DNA of 64,000 bases from Rhizorhapis sp. (GTDB lineage Bacteria > Pseudomonadota > Alphaproteobacteria > Sphingomonadales > Sphingomonadaceae). The DNA is taken from the NCBI RefSeq assembly GCF_035276005.1, contig NZ_DATEMB010000011.1:29175-93174 (forward strand). The letters are read 5' to 3'. Position numbers and translations under genes: made by a program. This document shows, piece by piece, positions 26,500-35,133 of the stretch (its first letter is position 1; the number at the start of each line of letters is the position of its first letter). The notes below the pieces were generated by a model. It saw only the letters and a program-made list of their open reading frames with translations, made no database searches and was not told the origin of the DNA.

Positions 26500-28468
26500 A
26501 TTCCCCTCCAGCCCCGCCATTTTCCAGGCGGTATAGCAGATTGGCGAGGGCAGCGTCATTGCTATGCCTGCCGGCATAGGCCGAAAGGGCTGCAACGGCG
26601 CTACCCCTATTGGTTGATAACTGATTCACCATGTCCCGTATGTGATGCAGGTCACTTGTGTCGAGATCGGGTCTGGGTTCAAAAATGTCGACGGGCGTCG
26701 CTCGGCCGCGAAGCACGACCCGCCCCATCGGCCGCCACCAATCGAGCCCTGAACGTTCCGCCGCCTCCCGGCTTGCGATGACGCAGGAGCCGAGCTGCTT
26801 GTTGGCGGCCTCCAGCCGGGCGGCGGTGTTCATGCTGTCGCCCAGCGCGGTGTACTGGATGCGGCCCTCTCCGCCGAAATTGCCGACAATCGCTTCGCCA
26901 TAGTGCAGGCCGACCCGGGTGCGGCCAATCGGGGGAACGCCCTCGGGAATGTCCTGGCGGAAGGCTTCGCCCGCCTGCCACATGGCATAGGCGGCCCTTG
27001 CCGCGCGCTCCCCGTCATCGGAGCGGGAGATCGGTGCCCCCCAGAAAGCCACGACGGCATCGCCAACAAATTTGTCGATTGTGCCGCCATATTCCAGCAC
27101 GACATCGCTCAGCATGTCGAGGTAACGATTGAGGAGGCTTGCCACCATTTCAGGCGGAATGGCGTGGGATAATTTGGTGAAGCCTTCAAGATCGGTGAAC
27201 ACTACGAAGATATTGCGCTTTTCCCCATGCAGGGCGAGGCGGTCGGGATCTTCCAATATTTCCTGCGCTATGTCGCGGGGCAGATATTTGCCAAGCGCTG
27301 CCTGAGCGAATTTCCGCTGTTCCGACCCCACCGCCCGCGCCGCCGAACCGGCCGAGACATAGGCGATAAACCAGCCCAGCGCCCAGCCGCTGCCCGGCAG
27401 GAACTGCGTGTCGGTGCCATGGGCCTGGAGATAGAAGGGAAGGGCAATGAAAAAGGCGAGCTGGACGAGTATCAGCGGGGCAATTTTCCAGTTCTTTCCT
27501 TCGATGAGGCTGGTCAAGATGCCCGCCACGGCCACCAGAATGGCGGCGGTCCATAGCGCCCAGGGCGAGGTCTGATTGGGGCGGTAGCCGTCAAGATATT
27601 GGGCAAGGATATTGGCATGGACCTCCAGGCCGATCATCCGTTCGCCGGTGATGGCTGTCATTGGGGTTTCGAACTGGTCGAGATCGACAATATCGCCCCC
27701 GATGAGCACATGGCGGCCCCGTACCTGATCGGCGAAGGCGGCGGCCGTATCCGGATTGGCGAACAGATCGATCGGGAAGGAGGCGATAACGGGGCGGTCC
27801 TGCGATAGTGGCAGGCGGTAACGGATGGAACCCGTATAGTCCTGAAACCCTCCACCATTTTCCGCCATGGCGAGCGCCAGCAACGGCGGCAGGTGAGCAG
27901 GCTGCACTGGCCAGCTCCTCGCGACGCCGTCCCCGTCTACCTCCAGCCTGATGCTCGCAGCCTTGACGCCGGTGCCCTTGAGGCGGCGCATGAACCCGTC
28001 GAGGAACTGCTGCTGGCGATATTCGATATTGCCCGCATTGGTGGCGATATCGGCATAGGCGAGGAAGGTCGGCGTCTTCATCGCTGCGAAAGCGGATAGC
28101 AGTTGCTGGTCCTCATCCTGCGGCTGATCGATGAGAATATCGATACCAATGGCTTTCGCACCCATGGCATCGATATTCGCGAGCGCCCGCGCCAAGGTCG
28201 CCCGGTCGAGCGGTGATCGTTTCTTCGTTTCGATGAGGGTGTCGTCGGTATAGACGATCATCACGATCCGGTCGTCCTGCTCGACATGCGGAGCCGTTGC
28301 CGTCATGCGCAGGTCGTAGAAGGCGCGCTCCGCCTGGCCGACAAGCGGCAGATACCAGCTATAGCGCGCCACCAGCACGCCCAGCAGAACGAACAGCAAG
28401 GTTCCCGCAAGCCGGACAGTGCCGATATTGCGCAGCAGCTTGTCTGGCTGAGCGAGGAAGGATTTCAC
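26486..28468 (-). CDS. CHASE2 sensor domain-containing class III adenylate/guanylate cyclase
   Basis: The N-terminal TM helix and CHASE2-like periplasmic region (RIVMIVYTDDTLIETKKRSPLDRATLARALANIDAMGAKAIGIDILID) are followed by three or more TM helices. The cyclase core is NIFVVFTDLEGFTKLS...FVGDAVVAFWGAP...RVGLHYGEAIVGNFGG...YTALGDSMNTAARLE. The GTG start forms a GTGA overlap with the CHAT stop. Confidence 0.9.
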   Translation of the reverse strand: MKSFLAQPDKLLRNIGTVRLAGTLLFVLLGVLVARYSWYLPLVGQAERAFYDLRMTATAPHVEQDDRIVMIVYTDDTLIETKKRSPLDRATLARALANIDAMGAKAIGIDILIDQPQDEDQQLLSAFAAMKTPTFLAYADIATNAGNIEYRQQQFLDGFMRRLKGTGVKAASIRLEVDGDGVARSWPVQPAHLPPLLALAMAENGGGFQDYTGSIRYRLPLSQDRPVIASFPIDLFANPDTAAAFADQVRGRHVLIGGDIVDLDQFETPMTAITGERMIGLEVHANILAQYLDGYRPNQTSPWALWTAAILVAVAGILTSLIEGKNWKIAPLILVQLAFFIALPFYLQAHGTDTQFLPGSGWALGWFIAYVSAGSAARAVGSEQRKFAQAALGKYLPRDIAQEILEDPDRLALHGEKRNIFVVFTDLEGFTKLSHAIPPEMVASLLNRYLDMLSDVVLEYGGTIDKFVGDAVVAFWGAPISRSDDGERAARAAYAMWQAGEAFRQDIPEGVPPIGRTRVGLHYGEAIVGNFGGEGRIQYTALGDSMNTAARLEAANKQLGSCVIASREAAERSGLDWWRPMGRVVLRGRATPVDIFEPRPDLDTSDLHHIRDMVNQLSTNRGSAVAALSAYAGRHSNDAALANLLYRLENGGAGGEYVLD

Positions 28469-31400
28469 CGCGAAAGCAGGGGACGCGCGCCGTCGCCTAC
28501 AATCGCAAACCCTGACCAGTAAAAGGGATGCGAGGTTTCCGCACTGTCCATCAGCGGCACCTGCGCCTTTTGCAGTGCTGTCCCGATGCTGTCCGCCGTC
28601 CCCTGGCCGAAGAGGCCGCCGATCAGCCGTTCCGTGGCATTATAATCGTCCGGCGCTGGCCAGTGGCTTGCGATGATTGCCCGGCCGCCTGCGCCGATGA
28701 AAGCGCGCACCAGACCATCAAGCGCGGTTCCGCCGCCGGTGCCAAGGCCCGCCGCACGCGTTGCTTCCTTGCTGGCCTGGCCCGCAGTGTCGCAGGCGGA
28801 GAGGATGACGAGATCGGCATCCAGCTTCAGGTCGAAGATTTCGGCAAAGTTCAGCAAGCCATCGGAATTGCCTGTGCCGAAGGAAGTGAGCAGTGCTGGC
28901 CGTGCCGGGCATCCGCTGCGTGGCGGCGTGACAAGGCCATGGGTGGCGAAATGCAATACGCGATAGTCGCGAAGGTCGCTCCGCGCCATGATCGCGCTGT
29001 CGGTGAAGGCAGTGCCAGTCACTATTTCGGTGCCGGAGGGTCCCAATATGCTGGCGGCTTGGCGAAGTTCTGTTGCGGCAATGGGCCGGTTCCATTCATC
29101 CAGCGGCCATTGGCATTGCTCATCCGGCGCACCGGCCGCGGACCGGGTAAGGGCGGCAGTCGTGACCTTTGCGACCGGCGCATTCTGTCCCAGCCCCAAA
29201 TAGCTCCGCGTGCCCCGCGAAGAACTGGCAAGGCGTGCGTCGCGAAAACCGCGCACCGAAAGCGCGGTGCTGATCGCCCGGCCACGGCCAAGCCATTTTA
29301 TGCCGCGAAAATCGAACTCATCCGCATTAGGGTCCTCGAGACGCTGCAGATAGGCATCCACGCCCGCCTGCTCGGTCACAAGCAGGTTCGCCGGCAGGCG
29401 CAGCATCGCTCCGTCAGGCTCGAAGATCAGGTGCGTCACGGCTTCAAGCCGCTCGCCGACTGGCCCGAACAGGTCAAGATAGATAGAGCGGGCCAGCTCC
29501 ACGTCAAAAGGATAGGTCGTCTGCACGCCGCCAACGACGGTGGAGATTGTCTCCCGCAGCGCATTGACCTTGCGCTCCAGTTCCGTGCTGGAAATGGGAA
29601 GGCGATAGCCGGTCGCGCCTGCGCCATCGGCATAGACCGCGAACAGCGCATTGCCCGCCCGCACCATCTTCAGATAGGCTTCGCCCGGCTTCAGCGCGGA
29701 GCGGAGTTCGTCCAATGTAACCGCCTCGCGCGATACGGCGCGATACTGCGGATAGGCCGCAAGGGCCGCCTGCGTCTCCACCTGCTGCCTGCCGAGATCC
29801 TCGATCTCGTTTCGCGCAGCCTCGATGAGCGGCGCTGCGCTCGCATCCTGTTGCCCGGTCTGGATGAGCTGGGCCAACTCGATGCGCCGGCGCTCAATGT
29901 CGCGCGAAAGGGAAACCGATTGCCGGAAGAGGCGTGCGGCCTCCCCGTCGCCTGCCTGCAGTTCGCGCGACAGAACTTCCATCGTGTCGGCGGCCCCCGG
30001 ACGAACAAGAAGCTGGCTTGCGAGGAACAGGCTGCCGCTGCTCTCGGGATGAGCTGGAATGTCAGCGGCGAGCAGTTCGAAATAGGGTTGGAGCTGGTTG
30101 GCAAGGCCAGTGACGCTGGCGCGATTGGCGGCGGTGCTGCCTACGATCTCGCGATAAAGGGCCAACGCCTCGTCCTTGCGCTGCCGCCGAACGAGGAAAG
30201 CGGCCAGACGCGCCCGCGCCCCGTTCATCGCTGCGGTTTCAGGATATTGCGTCGACAGCAGCTTCAATGCTTCCCGGAGCATGTTTTCGGCCGCTCCGGC
30301 ATTGCCCTCCGCCTCATGGGTCAGTGCCATTTCCGCCAGCAACTGGGCGCGAAGACGCGTGATCGAAGTCACCCGTCCGCTGCGAATGACCATGGCATCC
30401 GAAAGAGCCTTCTCCAGCATCGCCCGCGCCTCGCGCGGCTGGCCCTTCAGGCGCAGCAATGTACCCCTGAGCTGGCTTGCCTGAGCGTCGATGATTGCCG
30501 CCCGTTCATTCGGGGTAAGGCGTGTATCCTGGGAGACGCCCAGCGCCGTCGCACCGGTGGCACTGCTGTTGATCTCTGCTGCCAGTTGCGGACTGAGTTC
30601 GATTGTATCGCTCGAGGCTAGCCTATTAACGCCTGTGGGCAGAACCGACCGGTCCAGAATAGCTGCGGCTTCGCCATATTCGCGCTGGTTAAGCTTGTGC
30701 ATCGCTTGGAAATTGCGGCGCAGGCGAAGCTGGACCCGGTCCCGCGTGGCGATTTTCCCCGCCTGGGCAAAGAGCGCATCGGCCTGGCCGAATTCGCTCA
30801 GATTGGAAAGCTGAAGTGCCCGGTTGACAAGATATTCATGCTGACGCGCTTCCCGCTCGGCGGGTGAGAGTTTCGCTGCGTCACTCTCGTCAAATTGCTC
30901 CTGCAAGCTGTCGAAAAATTCGGCGGCTTCGGCATAATTGCCGCTATTGTTGCGGCGATAGCCTTCCGCCAACGATGTCTCCGGGTCCAATGTTCCCGCC
31001 TGAAGGCGTGCAAAAGCCGCCGGATCGTCGGTTCCACTGATGGCGATGGCGATCTGTCCATCGACAGGTTTGTCCGCCACGATGGTGCGGAGCGCCAGTT
31101 GCAAGGCGCTGTCATAGCTGGCAAGGCCCTGGGCGACATAGGTCACCTTGCCTGCATGATATTGGTGGATCACATAGCCAAGCCTTGCGGCTGTCAACTG
31201 ACATTGGCGAGACGTGACCGCGCCAACATCCGCGACCTGTACATTTGCCGGGGCGCCGCAGCTTAGATCCTGGCGGCGGGCGGCGGCCAATCTCGCCTCC
31301 AGCCCGCCCCCACCATCGCGCAGGGCGTAAAGCTGGCCGACTGGCTGGGCCGCGTCGCGGCAGACCAGCGTCCAGGCCCGGTCGAACATGCCTTGGACTG

Positions 31401-31560
31401 CCGGATCGGTAGCGCGGCTTTGGGCCTGACACAGCGCGCCTCCGCCGCTGCCCAGGCGGAAGCTGTCCGCCAGGCTGGGCCTTAATTCCTGCGCTGGCAG
31501 CGTTCCGCTGCTAAAGGCGGTGGCAGCCATCAAGACTGGAAAAATCAGGCGCAATCGCAC
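28465..31560 (-). CDS. secreted TPR-repeat / CHAT-domain (caspase-like) protease
   Basis: Signal peptide is MRLRLIFPVLMAATAFSSGTLPAQE. The N-terminal domain is Cys-rich and the middle is long and helical/TPR-like. The C-terminal CHAT block has a His/Cys dyad in the contexts YRVLHFATHGLV and ADLVILSACDTAGQ. Confidence 0.85.
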   Translation of the reverse strand: MRLRLIFPVLMAATAFSSGTLPAQELRPSLADSFRLGSGGGALCQAQSRATDPAVQGMFDRAWTLVCRDAAQPVGQLYALRDGGGGLEARLAAARRQDLSCGAPANVQVADVGAVTSRQCQLTAARLGYVIHQYHAGKVTYVAQGLASYDSALQLALRTIVADKPVDGQIAIAISGTDDPAAFARLQAGTLDPETSLAEGYRRNNSGNYAEAAEFFDSLQEQFDESDAAKLSPAEREARQHEYLVNRALQLSNLSEFGQADALFAQAGKIATRDRVQLRLRRNFQAMHKLNQREYGEAAAILDRSVLPTGVNRLASSDTIELSPQLAAEINSSATGATALGVSQDTRLTPNERAAIIDAQASQLRGTLLRLKGQPREARAMLEKALSDAMVIRSGRVTSITRLRAQLLAEMALTHEAEGNAGAAENMLREALKLLSTQYPETAAMNGARARLAAFLVRRQRKDEALALYREIVGSTAANRASVTGLANQLQPYFELLAADIPAHPESSGSLFLASQLLVRPGAADTMEVLSRELQAGDGEAARLFRQSVSLSRDIERRRIELAQLIQTGQQDASAAPLIEAARNEIEDLGRQQVETQAALAAYPQYRAVSREAVTLDELRSALKPGEAYLKMVRAGNALFAVYADGAGATGYRLPISSTELERKVNALRETISTVVGGVQTTYPFDVELARSIYLDLFGPVGERLEAVTHLIFEPDGAMLRLPANLLVTEQAGVDAYLQRLEDPNADEFDFRGIKWLGRGRAISTALSVRGFRDARLASSSRGTRSYLGLGQNAPVAKVTTAALTRSAAGAPDEQCQWPLDEWNRPIAATELRQAASILGPSGTEIVTGTAFTDSAIMARSDLRDYRVLHFATHGLVTPPRSGCPARPALLTSFGTGNSDGLLNFAEIFDLKLDADLVILSACDTAGQASKEATRAAGLGTGGGTALDGLVRAFIGAGGRAIIASHWPAPDDYNATERLIGGLFGQGTADSIGTALQKAQVPLMDSAETSHPFYWSGFAIVGDGARPLLSR

Positions 31561-31819
31561 AAATGTCCCCCCATCGCTGCGGACGTCCGCCCTTACGGCG
31601 TCCTCATATTTCTTTTATCCAGCGACCCATGTGGTGCTACAATTTCGACGCTTTGCGGGCAAGACCTTAGATACTGAACTTGCAAAAGAAAGACAGCGGA
31701 AGGGGGGCCGGCGATTTGCTGTTTTGAAACGCCCCGCGTTGAAGGGTAAAGAGCAGGTTCATCCGTTCCATGTCACTAAACGGGCGCATCCCGGCCTGTT
31801 TTTTCGCAAAGGTGCCCCA

Positions 31820-32194
31820 ATGAAGAAGATCCTGAGTTTCGCCGCGACTGCAGGAATGCTGGTTTCCGCTCCGGCCTTTGCTCATCCCAAATTGGTCAAC
31901 GCCACGCCCGCGGCAAATGCGACGGTGAAATCCACCGGGAGCATAGAGCTGCAATTCAATGAAAAGCTGGTTCCGGCCTTCTCCGGCGCTGACGTGGTGA
32001 TGACCGGAATGCCGGGAACGCCCAATCACGGCCGGATGAAGATGGGTGCCAAGAGCAGCGTTTCGAAGGACGGCAAGACTCTCCTGATCGTTCTGGCAAA
32101 GCCTCTTCCCCGCGGTGACTATCGCGTAAATTGGCGTGTCGTGGCGGACGATACGCATCGGATCACGGGCACGCACACCTTCAAGGTGCGTTGA
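31820..32194 (+). CDS. copC: copper resistance protein CopC
   Basis: MKKILSFAATAGMLVSAPAFA-HPKLVNATPAANATV, with RGDYRVNWRVVADDTHRITGTHTFKV later. The N-terminal His after signal cleavage and the fold motifs are typical of CopC. Confidence 0.88.
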   Translation: MKKILSFAATAGMLVSAPAFAHPKLVNATPAANATVKSTGSIELQFNEKLVPAFSGADVVMTGMPGTPNHGRMKMGAKSSVSKDGKTLLIVLAKPLPRGDYRVNWRVVADDTHRITGTHTFKVR

Positions 32195-32197
32195 CGC

Positions 32198-33127
32198 ATG
32201 GAGGATCCGGCCAGCGTCGGCATCAGATTTCTGCTCTATCTGGACCTGATGCTGCTGTTCGGATTGTCCATGTTTGGCCTTTACGGCCTTCATGGGCCGG
32301 AACGCTCCGACCGTTCGATATTGAAGCTGCGCTTTGGCCTTGTCCTCTTGGCGGTGCTGGGGATTTTTCTGTCGGCCGTTGCGCTGTTTTTGCTCACTGC
32401 CTCAATGGCGGGCCTTCCGCTTACAGAGGTTGATGCCGAATCGGTGACGATGCTTCTCTCTGGAACCAGCGCGGGGGCTGCCTGGACAGCGCGGGTTGTG
32501 GCGCTGGCGATCGCCTTCCTTTTACCCTTGCTGGTCTGGCGGCGGCCATTTTCAGCGCTGACGGGCACTAGCGCAGCCGGGGCCACCGCGCTTGGCACAT
32601 TAGCCTGGACGGGGCATGGCGCTGCGGGTGAGGGGGCGGGCGCTTGGCTCCATCTGATCGCGGACATCGCCCATCTGTTCGCCTCCGGCATTTGGCTAGG
32701 CGCATTGGCGGCTCTCGGCATGCTGGCCTTCAGGCGCGGCACGGATCTTGCCCATGCGGAGCTCACCCGCCGCGCGTTGGAGGATTTTTCGCCGCTGGGG
32801 AGCTGGGCGGTTGCCATATTGGTAATAACCGGGCTGGTGAACAGTTGGTTTCTGATCGGAATCTCCAATATCGGCCAGATGGTCTCTGCCCTTTACGGCC
32901 AACTGCTTGCCGCCAAGCTTGTCCTGTTTTTAGCCATGCTTGGGCTTGCGGCCTTGAACCGCTTCCGCCTGACGCCTGGGGCGGAACTCGCCATTCGCCG
33001 AAGAGACATTTCGGCTGCCGTCGCAGCATTGCGGTGCAGTTTGCTGGCGGAGACTAGTCTTGCGGTGCTGATCCTCGCTCTTGTGGCCTGGCTTGGCATG
33101 CTTTCGCCCCCAGCAGCGGGACCCTAA
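32198..33127 (+). CDS. copD: copper resistance protein CopD (membrane)
   Basis: 309 aa polytopic membrane protein starting 3 nt after copC. It has eight hydrophobic segments and the block HLIADIAHLFASGIWLGAL. Confidence 0.85.
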   Translation: MEDPASVGIRFLLYLDLMLLFGLSMFGLYGLHGPERSDRSILKLRFGLVLLAVLGIFLSAVALFLLTASMAGLPLTEVDAESVTMLLSGTSAGAAWTARVVALAIAFLLPLLVWRRPFSALTGTSAAGATALGTLAWTGHGAAGEGAGAWLHLIADIAHLFASGIWLGALAALGMLAFRRGTDLAHAELTRRALEDFSPLGSWAVAILVITGLVNSWFLIGISNIGQMVSALYGQLLAAKLVLFLAMLGLAALNRFRLTPGAELAIRRRDISAAVAALRCSLLAETSLAVLILALVAWLGMLSPPAAGP

Positions 33128-33188
33128 AAATCGGGGACGGTAGCCCAAGGGACTGTTCGGCGGCCAGCAGAAAAGCTAAGCTTTCCGC

Positions 33189-34355
33189 ATGTCCATCACT
33201 GAACCCGTATTTGACGACCTGATTATGCCCTTGGTGGCCTTCCGCCACGATCTGCATGCCCATCCGGAGCTTGGATTTGAAGAACACCGCACCGCCGCCC
33301 GGATTGCGGCAGCGCTGCGGGATATCGAGGGAATGGACGTTTTCACCGGCATAGGCGGAACGGGCCTTGTCGCTGTGCTGAAGGCGGGGAGTTCGGACCG
33401 GTCCATTGGCCTGCGGGCCGACATGGACGCGCTGCCGATCCAGGAGGAGACGGGCCTGTCCTATGCGAGCTGTACGCCCGGAATCTTCCATGGCTGCGGG
33501 CATGACGGGCATGTAGCGATGCTGCTGGGAGCCGCGCAGCATCTGGCCCGGACGAAGCGATTTGACGGCACCGTCTATTTCATCTTTCAACCCGCCGAAG
33601 AGGGGCAGGGCGGTGCCCGGGCAATGATCGAAGCGGGGCTGTTCGACCGCTTTCCGGCTGACGAGGTCTATGCGCTTCACAACTGGCCCGACCTTCCCGC
33701 GGGCACGGCGGCCACGCGGCCTGGCCCCATCATGGCGGCGGCCGACAGGTTTGAGATCGTGTTGGAAGGCAAGGGCGGGCATGCCGCAATACCGCATCAC
33801 ACGCCCGACGCCATACTTGCGGCAAGCGATCTGGTGGGTCAGCTCAACACGATCGTTTCCCGCCGCATTGCGCCCACCGACCTCGCGGTGCTGTCAATCA
33901 CGCAGATCCATGGCGGCCATGCTCATAATGTTCTGCCGCCCTGCGTGTCGGTCAGCGGCACGGTGCGCAGCTTCGACCCCGTGGTGCAGGACGGCATAGA
34001 GGCGGCTTTGCGGCAGGTGGCCGAAGGCGTTGCGCTCGCCAGCGGCACGAAGGCCAAAGTGACCTATGACCGCTCCTATCCCGCCACTATCAACGATCCG
34101 GATGCCGCGGAAAAGGCGCTCGCGGCGGCAGCCCGCGTCTGCGGCCACGCCCATGTCGCGCCCGCGCCTGCGCTCACGTCGGAAGATTTCGCGTTCATGC
34201 TTCACGCGCGGAAGGGCGCCTATTCCTGGTTGGGCCAGGGACAGGAGGGCAAGGGCGCGCCGCTGCACCATCCGCGCTATGACTTCAACGATGACGTGCT
34301 TGCCACAGGGATGAACTGGCATGTGGCGCTGGCGGAACAACTGCTTTCGGCTTGA
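33189..34355 (+). CDS. M20D family amidohydrolase (N-acyl-amino acid / hippurate hydrolase-like), cytoplasmic
   Basis: Contains FRHDLHAHPELGFEE, LRADMDALP, HGCGHDGH, FIFQPAEEG and HHPRYDFNDDVL. Confidence 0.88.
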   Translation: MSITEPVFDDLIMPLVAFRHDLHAHPELGFEEHRTAARIAAALRDIEGMDVFTGIGGTGLVAVLKAGSSDRSIGLRADMDALPIQEETGLSYASCTPGIFHGCGHDGHVAMLLGAAQHLARTKRFDGTVYFIFQPAEEGQGGARAMIEAGLFDRFPADEVYALHNWPDLPAGTAATRPGPIMAAADRFEIVLEGKGGHAAIPHHTPDAILAASDLVGQLNTIVSRRIAPTDLAVLSITQIHGGHAHNVLPPCVSVSGTVRSFDPVVQDGIEAALRQVAEGVALASGTKAKVTYDRSYPATINDPDAAEKALAAAARVCGHAHVAPAPALTSEDFAFMLHARKGAYSWLGQGQEGKGAPLHHPRYDFNDDVLATGMNWHVALAEQLLSA

Positions 34356-34392
34356 CTGAAAAGTCGACGGCACACCAGATAAAGCTGACCGT

Positions 34393-35121
34393 TCAGCTCA
34401 GCCAAATCTTCCCGCGCGGGCCATTGAGGACCAGATTGATGCTGTGCCTGTCACTGCCGAGCACTGGCGTCTGTACTCCCAGTTTCCTGAATATAGCGCC
34501 CAGTTCCGCCGGCCGCGGATGCGTGACGACGAAGGAGTCGATGCTGGCCCCCTTGGGCGAGCTTTCCGACGGGTGGGGCGATGAATCCAGCCAGTCGATG
34601 AAGAAAGGCAGGTCATCGTCGAGCGGCGTGCCGGAGACGGTCAGCAATTCCCAGTTTACTGCACCGCCATCGGGACGGACCCGGCCCATGGCGTGCGGCC
34701 CGCTGAAGCCATAGCCTTGCGCGGCGATGGCGCCGCGCAGCAGGGCGAAGCGATCCCGGCTTCGCAGAGCATGGCTGACGATGTGGGGCTTGCCGTCTGC
34801 TATCAGCTTTTCCCATGGGCCGCCGATGCCGGCGCGTGAGGGCGACAATATCTCGAAATAGGATCCGCCGCCCAGGCTGATGAGCGCATTGTGACTTTGC
34901 GCGCGGCCTGGCGCCTTGCCGCCGGAGACAGGTTCGATGCCGGTGAGGTCGGCAATGACCCTGATCCCTTCGTCCAGGTCAGGCACTGCCCATACGATAT
35001 GGTCGAGCGGCAGGACCGGCGCTGCAGCCGCAGCCTTGGCAAGCGAGGAGCCGCCCAGCAATCCCGCCCCCAGGCCCAGCCCAACGATGCGCGACATATC
35101 GCGCCGCGAAAAATGCGTCAT
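34393..35121 (-). CDS. VOC (glyoxalase-like) family protein with Tat-type signal
   Basis: MTHFSRRDMSRIVGLGLGAGLLGGSSLAKAAAA has a twin-Arg-like leader. LDHIVWAVPDLDEGIRVIADLTGIEP is a glyoxalase-like beta-alpha-beta start. Confidence 0.65.
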   Translation of the reverse strand: MTHFSRRDMSRIVGLGLGAGLLGGSSLAKAAAAAPVLPLDHIVWAVPDLDEGIRVIADLTGIEPVSGGKAPGRAQSHNALISLGGGSYFEILSPSRAGIGGPWEKLIADGKPHIVSHALRSRDRFALLRGAIAAQGYGFSGPHAMGRVRPDGGAVNWELLTVSGTPLDDDLPFFIDWLDSSPHPSESSPKGASIDSFVVTHPRPAELGAIFRKLGVQTPVLGSDRHSINLVLNGPRGKIWLS

Positions 35122-35133
35122 GATCTTCCTTTC

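Noticed and set aside
28528-30621. 697-aa ORF on the plus strand
   Set aside because: It lies entirely antisense to the CHAT/TPR gene. Its Arg/Ala/Gly-rich low-complexity composition is typical of shadow ORFs in high-GC DNA. It has no recognisable motifs, whereas the minus-strand frame has a signal peptide and the CHAT dyad.
33054-33800. 248-aa minus-strand ORF, and the analogous long antisense ORFs 35470..36444, 42646..43380, 44333..45112, 45436..46152, 46317..47051, 51490..52203 and 61022..61888
   Set aside because: Each lies opposite a gene with strong family motifs (M20D, AbgB-like, ICMT-like, gshA, rsmE, ubiA, ftsE, T1SS ABC). All have shadow-ORF composition.
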